Shown here piece after piece: positions 9,835 to 20,301 of a DNA stretch of 64,000 bases (position 1 is its first letter; every line of letters starts with the position of its first letter). The DNA is from an uncultured Thermoplasmatales archaeon. GTDB taxonomy: Archaea; Thermoplasmatota; E2; DHVEG-1. Under the pieces are notes generated by a model. It saw only the letters and a list, made by a program, of their open reading frames with translations. It did no database searches and was not told the DNA's origin. A program made the translations under genes and the position numbers. The DNA lies in assembly GCA_964347865.1 (NCBI GenBank), contig CAYGAC010000017.1, positions 4 to 64,003 of the forward strand. The letters run 5' to 3'.

Positions 9835-10986
9835 TCATTCTAAAGTATAGATGTTTTTCCTATTACATATATCCGTTAAAATTTTTGGCCATACCGTAAC
9901 ACTAATTTCTCCCAAATGTGCTTTCTTAAGAAGGAGCATGTAAGTTCGAGATTGTCCTATCCCTCCACCAATACTGAGGGGAATTTTATTATTTAGTATT
10001 GCTTGATGATAAGGTAATTTGAGAAAATCAAGCTGACCAGACATTTCCAATTGCTTCTCTAATGTAATGGAATTAACTCTAATGCCCATTGAGGTAAGTT
10101 CATGACGTCGGTGCGTTACGGGATTCCATACAAGTATGTCACCATTAAGTCCATGCATAGGTTGTCCATTCTCAGAAATAGTTTCCGTTATCCAATCATC
10201 ATAGTCAGCTGCTCGCATTTCATGGGGATAACCATCCTTTAATGGCCAACCAACCCCAATAATAAAAACCGCTGGATATTTTTGTAATACTTCAGTTTCT
10301 CTTTGTTTTCTTGGGAGATTAGGAAACATATCTAGTATTTCCTCAGCATGTAAGAATTTTAATTCATTTGGTAAACTAGGATAATCATCATCTTTTAGCT
10401 CAGGATACAGTTTTTGTACATGTAGTTCGGCTCCTTTAAGCACTTTCCAGATTTTTCTTACTGTATCCTTTAAATATTCAAGAGTACGGTGTTCTTCTGT
10501 TATCACTTTTTCCCAATCCCACTGATCGACATACGAACTATGGTCATGATCTAGGAAATAATCTTTGCGAACTGCCCGCATATCAGTGTTGATTCCTTCA
10601 CCAACTTTACAATTAAATTGCTTTAGGGCAATTCGTTTCCATTTGGTTACCGCTTGTACAATTTGAGCATCAATAGGTTTATCAAGACCTAATCCACAAG
10701 AGAATTCGATAGGTGTTCGTGAACCGTCACGATCTAGATAATCATTCACCCCACTTTCTTTATCTACAATTAATGGACACGTTACCATTATAAGATTTAG
10801 TTCTTTGGATAGATTTTCCTCAATATATTGTTTTACTGTAAAAATAGCTTTTTGAGTATCTTTTTTGTCGAGTATTGTATTATAATCTTTTGGAAGGATT
10901 TTCTCTAGTTCATTATAATTTCCTATCCCGGGTCCTGCTAAATCTGCTTTTTTGTCTAACATAGTAATCAACCTTTCTCCAGGCAT
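9835..10986 (-). CDS. asnA: AsnA-type aspartate-ammonia ligase (asparagine synthetase A family)
   Basis: C-terminal block GGGIGQSRTYMLLLKKAHLGEISVTVWP closely mirrors the bacterial AsnA signature GGGIGQSRL.MLLL...H.G.V...VWP. Confidence 0.6.
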   Translation of the reverse strand: MPGERLITMLDKKADLAGPGIGNYNELEKILPKDYNTILDKKDTQKAIFTVKQYIEENLSKELNLIMVTCPLIVDKESGVNDYLDRDGSRTPIEFSCGLGLDKPIDAQIVQAVTKWKRIALKQFNCKVGEGINTDMRAVRKDYFLDHDHSSYVDQWDWEKVITEEHRTLEYLKDTVRKIWKVLKGAELHVQKLYPELKDDDYPSLPNELKFLHAEEILDMFPNLPRKQRETEVLQKYPAVFIIGVGWPLKDGYPHEMRAADYDDWITETISENGQPMHGLNGDILVWNPVTHRRHELTSMGIRVNSITLEKQLEMSGQLDFLKLPYHQAILNNKIPLSIGGGIGQSRTYMLLLKKAHLGEISVTVWPKILTDICNRKNIYTLE

Positions 10987-11177
10987 ACAGAATGGATTAT
11001 TTAACTTTTATTCCTCATAAAGTTTTAAATTGACAAAAAATTCCTATTTGTAATAAATGTGTTTTAATGAAGATATTTCAACAAAGCTAATCATTGGTTA
11101 ATAATTTCATTTTACTCCTAAAACTTCTTAATACCCGTGAATATCTAAAAATCCGTGTCCACTAATATTAAATGCTA

Positions 11178-12437
11178 TTACCTTTTTTTCTCCTGTTCTT
11201 TTACATTTCGATTCCAACGGTATTGAAAATAGTTTTGTAGGATCTTCTTATTATATCCTTTTATATTGGATCCCTTATTTAACAGTGAAAATAGATGTCC
11301 AGAGTTTGTCATGTCACCATGGAACTCTATACCCAAAATTCTATCATTTTGAATAAACACCTTTCGCATAGAGTCAATTCCTTTTAATACCAGCTTCGAA
11401 CAGTTCTGAGGTAAATTGGTTACATTGCCCATGCTTAAGAATGGTACGTCGTGTATATGGATGATATTGTAAGACTGAAAGCCAGGATATTTACACCTTT
11501 TCCCAGCAATATTCAGTCCTGCTACATGACCTTGTTCTACAGCATTCGACCACGTCGCTTTTAAACCAGATTCTCCATAAATGCAATCAAAGGATTCAGC
11601 GACATCGCCAGCAGCAAAGATATCCTTAACGTTCGATTCCATGAAATCATTTACAATTATACCCTGGTTAACTTTAATCATGGAATCTCTAACTATATTT
11701 ATGTTCGGTCTAAAACCAACAGTCAAGAGTACCATATCACAATCTATCTTTCCATCTGTAAGTTTAAGGCCCTCAACTATACTATTCCCAATTATTTCCT
11801 TCACCTGATTACCTAGAATGAAATTAATACCTAAGCTCTCTAGCATCTCCTGGGCGATACTTGATATCTCCTCATCAAACATATTTGCAAGAATACGATC
11901 AAGAGTTTCAATAACAAAGACTTCTTTTTCCCTTTGTTTCAGGGCCTGAGCACATTCAATACCTACAAATCCACCACCAATAACCGCGATTTTTGTGGCC
12001 TTTCTCAACCCTTTAATAATACTTTTACAACTTTCCAAATTCGAAACGATGTATACTTGTTTTTTATTTAACCCAGGGATAGAGGGTACTATCGGTTTTG
12101 AACCAATAGCAATCAAGAGCTTGTCGAATTCAAGCATCTCATTCACATCGTTCGTAGAATTATTTTTAAAATGCACAATTTTCCTTGAAGGATCCACTTT
12201 TATAGCCTCTTTCCCAAATATCAAATTGATGTCATTCTCAGTAAAGAAATCAGCGTCTAATCGACTTAAAACCTTCATAGAGATCTTACCAGATAAAAAA
12301 TCAGGCAGTCCACAGAGTGAATAGGGCATACATTCTTCTTTAGATACCAAATTTATGTCTATCTTTTTATCCACGCTTCTTATTGCTTGAACTGCACTTA
12401 TTCCCGCCCCACCAGCGCCCAGAACTAAAACATTCAT
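11178..12437 (-). CDS. FAD-dependent pyridine nucleotide-disulfide oxidoreductase (NADH oxidase / CoA-disulfide reductase family)
   Basis: MNVLVLGAGGAGISAVQ dinucleotide fold; redox Cys in PYSLCGLPDF; second Rossmann fold IAVIGGGFVGIECA. Confidence 0.6.
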   Translation of the reverse strand: MNVLVLGAGGAGISAVQAIRSVDKKIDINLVSKEECMPYSLCGLPDFLSGKISMKVLSRLDADFFTENDINLIFGKEAIKVDPSRKIVHFKNNSTNDVNEMLEFDKLLIAIGSKPIVPSIPGLNKKQVYIVSNLESCKSIIKGLRKATKIAVIGGGFVGIECAQALKQREKEVFVIETLDRILANMFDEEISSIAQEMLESLGINFILGNQVKEIIGNSIVEGLKLTDGKIDCDMVLLTVGFRPNINIVRDSMIKVNQGIIVNDFMESNVKDIFAAGDVAESFDCIYGESGLKATWSNAVEQGHVAGLNIAGKRCKYPGFQSYNIIHIHDVPFLSMGNVTNLPQNCSKLVLKGIDSMRKVFIQNDRILGIEFHGDMTNSGHLFSLLNKGSNIKGYNKKILQNYFQYRWNRNVKEQEKKR

Positions 12438-12622
12438 ATGATCCTTCTAAATGTTATTAACCATATAAAATAATTAGTATATCTCACTGTATAGAAATCC
12501 TCTGGCCTCTTGGCTAGGAATAATGAAATTTTTTAATGAAGTAAAGGGTTTATACAGACTCATTCTACTCCTACGATATCATTAAATAACCCTTCCAGTA
12601 TAAACGAGTTCGACTATATTTC

Positions 12623-13165
12623 ATGGTTATCATGAGGCGGTTGATTATAACAATGGGAAAGCTTATTTTCAACTATGAGAATTGTACTGGATGTAGAGCT
12701 TGTGAATTGGCCTGCAGCTTTCATAAAGAGGGTGTTTTTGCCCCATCAAAGTCAAGGATTAAGATAGTTCGTATTGATGAGGAAGGGCTTGATATCCCTA
12801 TTGGATGTGAACAATGTGACAACGCACCTTGTATCACCGCATGCCCAACGAGAGCTTTAAGTAGAAACAGTGAAACGAACGCGATAATCCTCAACCCAGA
12901 TTTTTGTATCGGGTGCAAACAATGTATGGTAATCTGTCCCTTTGGTGCCATCCATTTTAATGAAAATCGTATGATATTCTATAAATGTGATTTATGCGAT
13001 GGGTCACCTGAGTGTGTCAAATGGTGTGTAACTGGTGGGATTGAGTATTATGAGGGAATTGAAGAATTTCCGAAGCGTAAAAGTGCAGACAGAATTCAAC
13101 ACTTTTTATTGAACCTCCCCAAATCAACTCGTTCCATCACTACTGGAGGGGGAAATAAAGAGTGA
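12623..13165 (+). CDS. polyferredoxin-like 4Fe-4S protein (electron partner of AOR)
   Basis: Multiple CxxCxxCxxxCP clusters; stop overlaps the AOR start. Confidence 0.65.
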   Translation: MVIMRRLIITMGKLIFNYENCTGCRACELACSFHKEGVFAPSKSRIKIVRIDEEGLDIPIGCEQCDNAPCITACPTRALSRNSETNAIILNPDFCIGCKQCMVICPFGAIHFNENRMIFYKCDLCDGSPECVKWCVTGGIEYYEGIEEFPKRKSADRIQHFLLNLPKSTRSITTGGGNKE

Positions 13166-15141
13166 CTTTCGACTATGGTGGTTATGCAGGCAAGACTTTG
13201 AGGGTTGACTTAACGAGAGGTAAAATAATCAAGGAAATGCAGTCTAAACCGAGAGTAGAGAGATATATAGGAGGACGAGGTGCAGATGCAAAGATTCTGT
13301 TTGATGAGCTTGAAACAAATATAAACCCTTTACATAGTGATAACGTTTTATGTATTTCCACAGGACCAATTACTGGGCTATTGGGCCCAACAACTGGCCG
13401 CGTAAATGTAGCCACAAAATCACCATTAACAGATATTTATGGAAATTCAAATGCAGGCTCAGACTGGGGCCCTGAACTCAAATATGCCGGCTACGATAAT
13501 ATTATTATTAAGGGAAGAGCCCCAAAACCGGTTTATTTATGCATAGATGATGAACATGTCGAGCTTAAGGATGCGGCTCATTTATGGGGAGAAGGTCTTT
13601 TTGAAACAACATTGATCCTTCAGGAAGAGCAAAGAGGATACGATACGAAAGTTGCTGCTATCGGACCTGCTGCAGAAAACGGTGTACTTTTCTGTTCGAT
13701 AATATTTAATTTATGGGATGCTGCTGGTCGAACTGGGACGGGCACTGTAATGGCTTTAAAGAATCTCAAAGCTATTACAGTAAGCGGTTCAGGTGAACTT
13801 AAAGTTGCAGACCATGATAGATATTTAGAAATTGTGCGAGATGGGTGGTTAGGCATATTGAACGATCCAGGGTTTCTTGCAGAAGAGCACCAAGCGCTTG
13901 GAACAGCAATATGTGTAAATTGGGGTGACGCACAGGGATGGCTTCCGGCTAGAAATTTTAGAGAAACCACATTCGAAGGAGCCGATTCTATATCAGGGGA
14001 AGAATTCAGAGACAAATACTCAACGCGTTTTAGTCCCATACCAGGAGGACGTGCCTGCATATCCTGCCCTAATAGATGCAAACGATTTGGTAGAATCGAA
14101 TCAGGAAAATATGCTGGAACAAGAGGAAGCATAGAATTTGAGGGTATTGCTGCTTTTGGATCCAAATGTGGCATTTCAGATTTAGAAGCTGTTTTTCATG
14201 CCTTTGCATTATCAAATGACTATGGGATGGATTGTATATCATGCGGAAACACCATAGCTACGTTTATGGAACTCATAGAGGAAGGGATATTAGAAGACGT
14301 AGACAAACTAGGATTAAAGTTCGGAAACGCTGATGCAATGGTGGAAATGGTGCACAGGATTGCAAATAAACAGAATAAATTAGGCTCTCTCGGAGCTCTT
14401 GGGGCCTATAAGGCTGCGTTAAAGATAGGGAAAAACGCAGTTGATTACACCACATCGATTAAGGGTATAGATACAATTGCTTGTGATCCTCGAGTCGCAA
14501 AAGGTTTTGGCTTTACATATGCTATTTCTAGTCGTGGTTCAGATCATCTTAGATCACACGTGGTCTTTGAGATGATTAGGATGCCTCCAGAAATTGGAAA
14601 AGAATTGTTTGGATCTGAGGGGGCATGTGATCTTATGAGTTATGACGGAAAGGTTAGGATGGTTCTCTGGCATGAGAATTTAGCTGCAATTACCGATTCG
14701 ATAGGAAGTTGTAGATTCATGCATGCGTCATATTATGCTCAATATCCTGTTCCAGAACTCTTGGGAAAATTAAATAACAAAAAGGAGGTTAATTCCATAA
14801 AATATCATGACTGGATAAGTGCCGCAACAGGTATGAAAATAGGCTATAAAAAATTATTAGATATCGGACATAGAATCGTAAACATTGAGAGGGCTTTGAA
14901 TACACGGTTTGGTATACGGCGGAAGGATGATAGGCTTCCTAAGAAGTTTTTAGAACCTATTCCAAAAGGGCCTAGGAAAGGACAAACCTTTCCGAAGAAA
15001 CAGTTAGAAAAGATGCTAGATGAATACTATAGCAGTAGAGGATGGGATTTAAAAACTGGCCTCCTCAAAAAAAGTGAGCTTATTAGATTAGATATGAAAG
15101 ATGTCTTAAATGATTTAAACAAGAAAAAATTAGTAAAGTAA
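13162..15141 (+). CDS. aor: tungsten-type aldehyde:ferredoxin oxidoreductase (AOR family)
   Basis: GGYAGKTLRVDLTRGKI N-terminus and 659 aa length; translationally coupled to the ferredoxin. Confidence 0.8.
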   Translation: MTFDYGGYAGKTLRVDLTRGKIIKEMQSKPRVERYIGGRGADAKILFDELETNINPLHSDNVLCISTGPITGLLGPTTGRVNVATKSPLTDIYGNSNAGSDWGPELKYAGYDNIIIKGRAPKPVYLCIDDEHVELKDAAHLWGEGLFETTLILQEEQRGYDTKVAAIGPAAENGVLFCSIIFNLWDAAGRTGTGTVMALKNLKAITVSGSGELKVADHDRYLEIVRDGWLGILNDPGFLAEEHQALGTAICVNWGDAQGWLPARNFRETTFEGADSISGEEFRDKYSTRFSPIPGGRACISCPNRCKRFGRIESGKYAGTRGSIEFEGIAAFGSKCGISDLEAVFHAFALSNDYGMDCISCGNTIATFMELIEEGILEDVDKLGLKFGNADAMVEMVHRIANKQNKLGSLGALGAYKAALKIGKNAVDYTTSIKGIDTIACDPRVAKGFGFTYAISSRGSDHLRSHVVFEMIRMPPEIGKELFGSEGACDLMSYDGKVRMVLWHENLAAITDSIGSCRFMHASYYAQYPVPELLGKLNNKKEVNSIKYHDWISAATGMKIGYKKLLDIGHRIVNIERALNTRFGIRRKDDRLPKKFLEPIPKGPRKGQTFPKKQLEKMLDEYYSSRGWDLKTGLLKKSELIRLDMKDVLNDLNKKKLVK

Positions 15142-15144
15142 AAT

Positions 15145-15384
15145 ATGGGTATTACCATGCCAAGATGTAGTTCATGCAAGAGACGAATAGATTTGTCGCA
15201 TACAGGCATAAGAACTTACATTTGTAGTAAGTGTAAAAAACCTGCATGCAGGGACCACTTTGATTTTAGCAGAGGAGTTTGTTATAAGTGCGCTGGCTTA
15301 CAAATAAGTCGAGGTAAATGCTCTTTTTCTTTTGTTAGAAAAACCTTGTTAGAAACTCAAAATTCTGGTAGGAGTAAGAAATGA
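15145..15384 (+). CDS. small zinc-ribbon protein
   Basis: CSSCKRR...CSKCKK...CYKC. Confidence 0.3.
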   Translation: MGITMPRCSSCKRRIDLSHTGIRTYICSKCKKPACRDHFDFSRGVCYKCAGLQISRGKCSFSFVRKTLLETQNSGRSKK

Positions 15385-15650
15385 CATATGTCACTGTAAA
15401 GTATCTGATGGTTTTCTCCCAGATTACTCAGAAAAGAAAGGAAGTAATTCCAATAAGCGAGGGAATGACTCTTCAAGATTTGATCGATGTGCTTTATGCA
15501 AAATATGGTAGGAGATTTAAGAAAGCCTTTGGAGAAGATTTAGGTCATAGGAGTGCTTTAATCACAATCAACTCCAAAGTAAAAGAAAAATCATACATTC
15601 TAAACCGTGGTGATGAGATTTTGATTTCTCATATAGCTGGAGGTGGATGA
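15381..15650 (+). CDS. MoaD/ThiS-type ubiquitin-like sulfur carrier (SAMP-like), ends in Gly-Gly
   Basis: 89 aa, beta-grasp-like pattern, C-terminus ...SHIAGGG immediately before stop; overlaps neighbours by ATGA. Confidence 0.5.
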   Translation: MTYVTVKYLMVFSQITQKRKEVIPISEGMTLQDLIDVLYAKYGRRFKKAFGEDLGHRSALITINSKVKEKSYILNRGDEILISHIAGGG

Positions 15651-16825
15651 TGACATTGAAATCGAATGGTTTTTTAAAGGATATGAAGGTACTATCTGTT
15701 GAGCAGGCAGTAGCTTTACCTTATTGCACTTGGAGGTTAGCAGTGGAAGGCGCAAATGTAGTTAGAATCGAACCTTTATGGGGTGATCCTAACCGTAAGG
15801 TTGGTAAAAATGTAATAGAGGAAGAAGGCATGAATGCATATTTCATGTCTGTAAATGCAGGTAAAAAAGGAATATCTTTGAATCTTGATACCACTCGAGG
15901 TCAGGAGATTCTTGGTGAGCTCATTGATAAGCTAGGAGTCGACATATTTGCATGCAGTCAATTAACTGGAAACTACAAAAAATTAGGGATTGATTATGAA
16001 AGGTTAAGTTCTATCAAGAGTGATATAATTTGGGTTGGAATTTCAGGGTTCGGTCCTGACCGGTCTGAACCAGCTTATGACCCTATGATACAGGCTTATT
16101 CTGGGATTATGGATGTAAACGGAGAACCAAATACGCCACCATTAAGGTTTGGTGTATCTATCGTTGATATTGAGGCAGGTAACCAAGCATATAGCGAGAT
16201 TATGAAGGCATTATATCTCCAAGAAAAAACTGGGAAGGGTAGAAGAATCGACATCTCAATGCTTGATTGTGCCATGTCTCTGTTATCTCTTCACGTACCC
16301 TTAGTTAGTCTAGGAATAGACGTACCTAAAACCGGCAATTTCCATCATAGCTTTGCACCAGTTGGGGTATATAAGACTATGGATGGTTATATTTCAATTG
16401 CCATTGGAAACGAGGCTCAATGGAGAAGTATGATAGAATTCCCAGATTTTGAATCTTTAGATAAATCGGAGTATTCTACAAACAACGATCGAAGATCTCA
16501 TGTTGATCAATTGAATGATGATATTAAATCTGTATTACATAAAAAGCCTACACCAGAAATTCTTCAAATGTTTAAGAAAGCAAAAATTCCTATCTCTGAG
16601 GTTAGTACGATTAAGGATGTGTTAGAGGATTCATACCTTAGTTCAAAGTTGCTACACATTAAGGACTCTAAAACCGACTTAGAAGTGACTCTTGCGCCTC
16701 CCCCAGTGAAGCCAATCAGCAAACCAGATCTAAGCTTTCCTCCAAGATTTGGGGAGCACAATAAAGAGATTTACACTAGCCTTGGATATGATGTTGTTGA
16801 CCTGAAAAAGAAAGGTGTTATTTAA
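15647..16825 (+). CDS. family III CoA-transferase (CaiB/BaiF/Frc-like)
   Basis: MKVLSVEQAVALPYCTWRLAVEGANVVRIEP..GDP start motif and ~390 aa length. Confidence 0.65.
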   Translation: MMTLKSNGFLKDMKVLSVEQAVALPYCTWRLAVEGANVVRIEPLWGDPNRKVGKNVIEEEGMNAYFMSVNAGKKGISLNLDTTRGQEILGELIDKLGVDIFACSQLTGNYKKLGIDYERLSSIKSDIIWVGISGFGPDRSEPAYDPMIQAYSGIMDVNGEPNTPPLRFGVSIVDIEAGNQAYSEIMKALYLQEKTGKGRRIDISMLDCAMSLLSLHVPLVSLGIDVPKTGNFHHSFAPVGVYKTMDGYISIAIGNEAQWRSMIEFPDFESLDKSEYSTNNDRRSHVDQLNDDIKSVLHKKPTPEILQMFKKAKIPISEVSTIKDVLEDSYLSSKLLHIKDSKTDLEVTLAPPPVKPISKPDLSFPPRFGEHNKEIYTSLGYDVVDLKKKGVI

Positions 16826-16876
16826 AAAAAATCAACATGCTTGATGATACTCTTGTAACTGTTAAGGTTTGTAAAT

Positions 16877-18244
16877 ATGTCTAAATCTGTTCTAATAATT
16901 GGGGGAGGTATTGCCGGAATCGAAGCAGCTTTAAATTTAGCAGATTATGATTTTAAAGTGTACTTGGTTGATAATTCTCCCTCAATTGGCGGGCTTATGG
17001 CTCGACTTGATAAAACCTTACCAACGAATGACTGTTCAATTTGCATAGAAGCTCCAAAAATGTATGACGTTCAAAAACATCCAAACATAAATCTATTGAC
17101 AAATTGTGAAATTCGAAGAGTAAATGGAAATGCAGGTATTTTTAAGGTTAGATTAGTGAAGAAACCTAGGTTTGTTGACGAAGAGAAATGTAAAGGTTGT
17201 GGTAAATGTGCTGAGGCATGTCCAGTTAGTGTTCCCGACGAGATTGATAATAAGATCGGTGGGCTTAGAAAGTTAGTCTATATCCCATTTCCTCAGGCTG
17301 TTCCAAACTATTATCTTATTCACCCTGACTGTCGTTACGGCAAAATGAAGGAAGATGGTGCATGTGTAGGTGGATGTATTATTGATTGTATCCAATGTCG
17401 TGAGTGTCCAATAGCTCTATGTGTCAAGGCGTGTAAAGAGGATGGGGGTGATGCTGTAATGCTCTGGCAGAGAGAAGAGCTGCTCGATCTCGAGGTCAAT
17501 AGCATAATTATTGCTTCTGGTGTTGAATCATTTGAGCCACCCTGTGGACTATATGGTTATAGTGTTTATGATAATGTTATTACAAACCTTCAATACGAAA
17601 GATTGATGAATGCAGGTGGACCAACACAGGGTGAAATAGTTAGACCTTCGGATGGAGCTCAGGCGAAGAAAATTGCATGGGTACAGTGTGTCGGCCGTGA
17701 GAAGAGAGGAGGTAAACCTGAACCTATACCATATTGTTCAAAGGTTTGTTGTATGATTGCTACGAAGCAGGCTATAGTAACCTTAGAGCATGAAGCCAAT
17801 GTGAAAGCGTTTATTCTCCATAATCATCTGCAAACCTATGGAAAGGGTTTCTATGAGTTTTATAGAAGAGCAAAAGACCTAGGTATTGAGTATCTGAAGG
17901 GGAAACCTTCTGATGTATTCGAGGATCCTAAAACGAAGAATTTGACGATAAGATTTGAAGATTTAGATAAAGGTGAAGTTGAAGATTTAGAGATTGATCT
18001 TCTTGTTCTCTCTACTGGCTTAACTCCAGGTGTTAGTAATAAAAGGTTATCGAGGATTTTAAAGGTTGAGTTGGATGAGCATGGTTTTATCAAGGAGAAA
18101 GATCCAGTAAACGCCCCATTTGAAACAAATGTTAAAGGGATATTTGTTTGTGGAGGTGCAACCGGGCCAATCGATATTTCAGAGTCTGTAAGTCAAGCAA
18201 TTGGAGCAAGTATAAAAGCAGCATTATTCGGAGGATCAAAATGA
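16877..18244 (+). CDS. hdrA: HdrA-like FAD/FeS oxidoreductase (heterodisulfide reductase subunit A family)
   Basis: VLIIGGGIAGIEAALNLAD...IGGLMARLDKTLPTNDCSICI plus two CxxCxxCxxxCP clusters. Confidence 0.7.
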   Translation: MSKSVLIIGGGIAGIEAALNLADYDFKVYLVDNSPSIGGLMARLDKTLPTNDCSICIEAPKMYDVQKHPNINLLTNCEIRRVNGNAGIFKVRLVKKPRFVDEEKCKGCGKCAEACPVSVPDEIDNKIGGLRKLVYIPFPQAVPNYYLIHPDCRYGKMKEDGACVGGCIIDCIQCRECPIALCVKACKEDGGDAVMLWQREELLDLEVNSIIIASGVESFEPPCGLYGYSVYDNVITNLQYERLMNAGGPTQGEIVRPSDGAQAKKIAWVQCVGREKRGGKPEPIPYCSKVCCMIATKQAIVTLEHEANVKAFILHNHLQTYGKGFYEFYRRAKDLGIEYLKGKPSDVFEDPKTKNLTIRFEDLDKGEVEDLEIDLLVLSTGLTPGVSNKRLSRILKVELDEHGFIKEKDPVNAPFETNVKGIFVCGGATGPIDISESVSQAIGASIKAALFGGSK

Positions 18245-20301
18245 AGGCTAGGGTGGGAGTTTTCGTATGTAATTGCGGTACAAATATTGGTGGAGTAGTG
18301 AATATAGCAGATGTCGTCAAGTACGCAAGCAAACTTGATGGTGTAGTTTTTGCTGAGGAAGGGAAATGGATATGCTCTGTTGATTACTTGTCAAAGATTA
18401 AAGAGAGCATAGCAGAGCACAAACTCAATCGAGTTGTTGTAGCTTGTTGTACACCTCGAACTCATGAACCAACTTTTAAATCTACTATTAAGGAAGTAGG
18501 TTTGAATCCGTATTTATTAGAATTTGTAAGTATTAGAGAGCAGAGTTCCTGGGTTCATAAAAATAATCCTAAGCTTGCAACTGAGAAGGCTAAGGATCTT
18601 GTAAAAATGGGTATAGCTAAGGCCATTCTTCTTGAGCCTGGTGAGGATATTCGGATTTCAGTTGGGAAAAATTGTTTGATTATTGGGGGTGGCCTTGCAG
18701 GTATGACTGCTGCTTTAGCAGTTGCAGATCAAGGTTTTAAGGTTGATCTCATTGAGAAAAAATGCAAGCTTGGTGGAATTTTGAATGAGTTAGATACACT
18801 AGCTCCTTTTGATGTAGATGCTAAAGAAATCGTTGATTCCAAAATTAAACGGGTAACTCAACATGACAAGATTAAAGTTCATACTAATACAGAACTTGAG
18901 GATGTAAAAGGATATATCGGGAATTATAAGGTTAAATTGGAAAACAATGGAAACACTGAAGAGCTAGAAACTTCAACAATTATAGCAGCAACTGGAATGA
19001 AAGAAATAGAGCCTCAAGGTTTATTTAGCTATGGGGAGTATCTTAATATTATTACCCAATTACAACTTGAGGATAAATTAAAGTCAAAAAGTTTAGGTAA
19101 AGTTGAAAATGTAGCAATAATTAATTGTGTAAACTCTAGGAATGAGGAACGTGGATGTTGTAATATAGGATGTTTGGCTGCTATTAAGAATGCTGTGACA
19201 ATAAAAGAGCTGAATAAAGAAGCTAATGTGTATATTTTTTACAGAGATATAAATATAGAGGGAGAGGATGTAAATTATTTCAAAGAGGCAGTTAACAAAT
19301 ACGATATCAAACTTATTAGATATCCTGATGATAAACAAGTTGAAGTTACTGGTAACAAAAATCGAAAATTAACTCTAAAATCATATGATATTTTAATTGG
19401 TAAAGAGTTTGAAATAAATCCAGATCTAGTTGTACTTACTACTGGTTTTCAAGGGGACACCTCTGTAGAGAAGCTTAAAGGACTGCTTAAGGTCTCAGCA
19501 AGTACTGATAGATTTTTCCAAGAAGCACATATAAAGTTAAGACCTCTTGATTTTGCTAACGATGGAATATACTTGTGTGGCTGCGCTCGCAACCCCAAGG
19601 ATATAAGAACAACTATTGAAGAATCTCTTGGAGCTGCAATGCGTGCTGGAATCCCGATGAAAAAAGGATTTGTTGAAGCTGAGGGAATAGTTGCTGACAT
19701 CAACACAGAATTATGTACCTCATGTGGTCTATGTGCAAAAACTTGTGCATTTGGAGCTATTGAGTATGTAGACAAGACACAGCCTCCAAATTTTATCAAG
19801 GCAATTTGTAAAGGTTGTGGAACTTGTGCTGCTGAGTGCCCGACAGATGCGATAAATATTATTCATTATACTAATGAACAAATTCTTGCGCAAGTGGATG
19901 CAGCTTTAGCGGAAAATCCTGATAATAAAATAATAGCATTCTGCTGTCATTGGTGTGCACTTGGGGCGGTTGATCTAGCTGGTGTGAGTAGATTTGATTA
20001 TCCAACAAACATCCATATAATAAGAGTAATGTGTGCTGGACGTGTTGATTCTAAATTTATTGAAAGAGCTCTTGAACTGAAAGCTGCAGGTGTGTTAGTA
20101 GCTGGTTGTGAATTTCCAACTTGCCATTATATTAATGGCAACTACAAGTGCAAGGATAGGATTGAACGTTTGAGGAAGAAATTGAGTAAGAAAAACATAG
20201 ATACTAGTAAAATTTGGGATGTATGGCTATCAGCAGCGGATGGACCAAAGTTTGTTGCTACTGTAAAGAAAATGACTGAAGAACTTAAATTGGGGGGATG
20301 A
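18241..20301 (+). CDS. second HdrA-like subunit fused to an MvhD-like C-terminal domain
   Basis: Likely start at ATG 18241 (ATGA overlap with upstream gene). The ORF-track start at 18148 overlaps the upstream CDS. VGVFVCNCGTNIGG N-terminal motif, FAD fold IIGGGLAGMTAAL, ferredoxin clusters. C-terminal CCHWCA...MCAGRVD...AGCEFPTCHY matches MvhD. Confidence 0.7.
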   Translation: MKARVGVFVCNCGTNIGGVVNIADVVKYASKLDGVVFAEEGKWICSVDYLSKIKESIAEHKLNRVVVACCTPRTHEPTFKSTIKEVGLNPYLLEFVSIREQSSWVHKNNPKLATEKAKDLVKMGIAKAILLEPGEDIRISVGKNCLIIGGGLAGMTAALAVADQGFKVDLIEKKCKLGGILNELDTLAPFDVDAKEIVDSKIKRVTQHDKIKVHTNTELEDVKGYIGNYKVKLENNGNTEELETSTIIAATGMKEIEPQGLFSYGEYLNIITQLQLEDKLKSKSLGKVENVAIINCVNSRNEERGCCNIGCLAAIKNAVTIKELNKEANVYIFYRDINIEGEDVNYFKEAVNKYDIKLIRYPDDKQVEVTGNKNRKLTLKSYDILIGKEFEINPDLVVLTTGFQGDTSVEKLKGLLKVSASTDRFFQEAHIKLRPLDFANDGIYLCGCARNPKDIRTTIEESLGAAMRAGIPMKKGFVEAEGIVADINTELCTSCGLCAKTCAFGAIEYVDKTQPPNFIKAICKGCGTCAAECPTDAINIIHYTNEQILAQVDAALAENPDNKIIAFCCHWCALGAVDLAGVSRFDYPTNIHIIRVMCAGRVDSKFIERALELKAAGVLVAGCEFPTCHYINGNYKCKDRIERLRKKLSKKNIDTSKIWDVWLSAADGPKFVATVKKMTEELKLGG

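Noticed and set aside
11581-14455. Several short ORFs (11581..11808, 11995..12324, 12721..12951, 13182..13415, 13620..14174, 13925..14134, 14273..14455)
   Set aside because: All are embedded in or antisense to confidently assigned enzymes (oxidoreductase, ferredoxin, AOR).
18148-18240. N-terminal extension of the second HdrA-like ORF in the track (MWRCNRANRYF...)
   Set aside because: Overlaps the upstream gene's 3' end by 97 bp. ATG 18241 forms an ATGA overlap with the upstream stop and begins the conserved MKARVGVFVCNCG motif.
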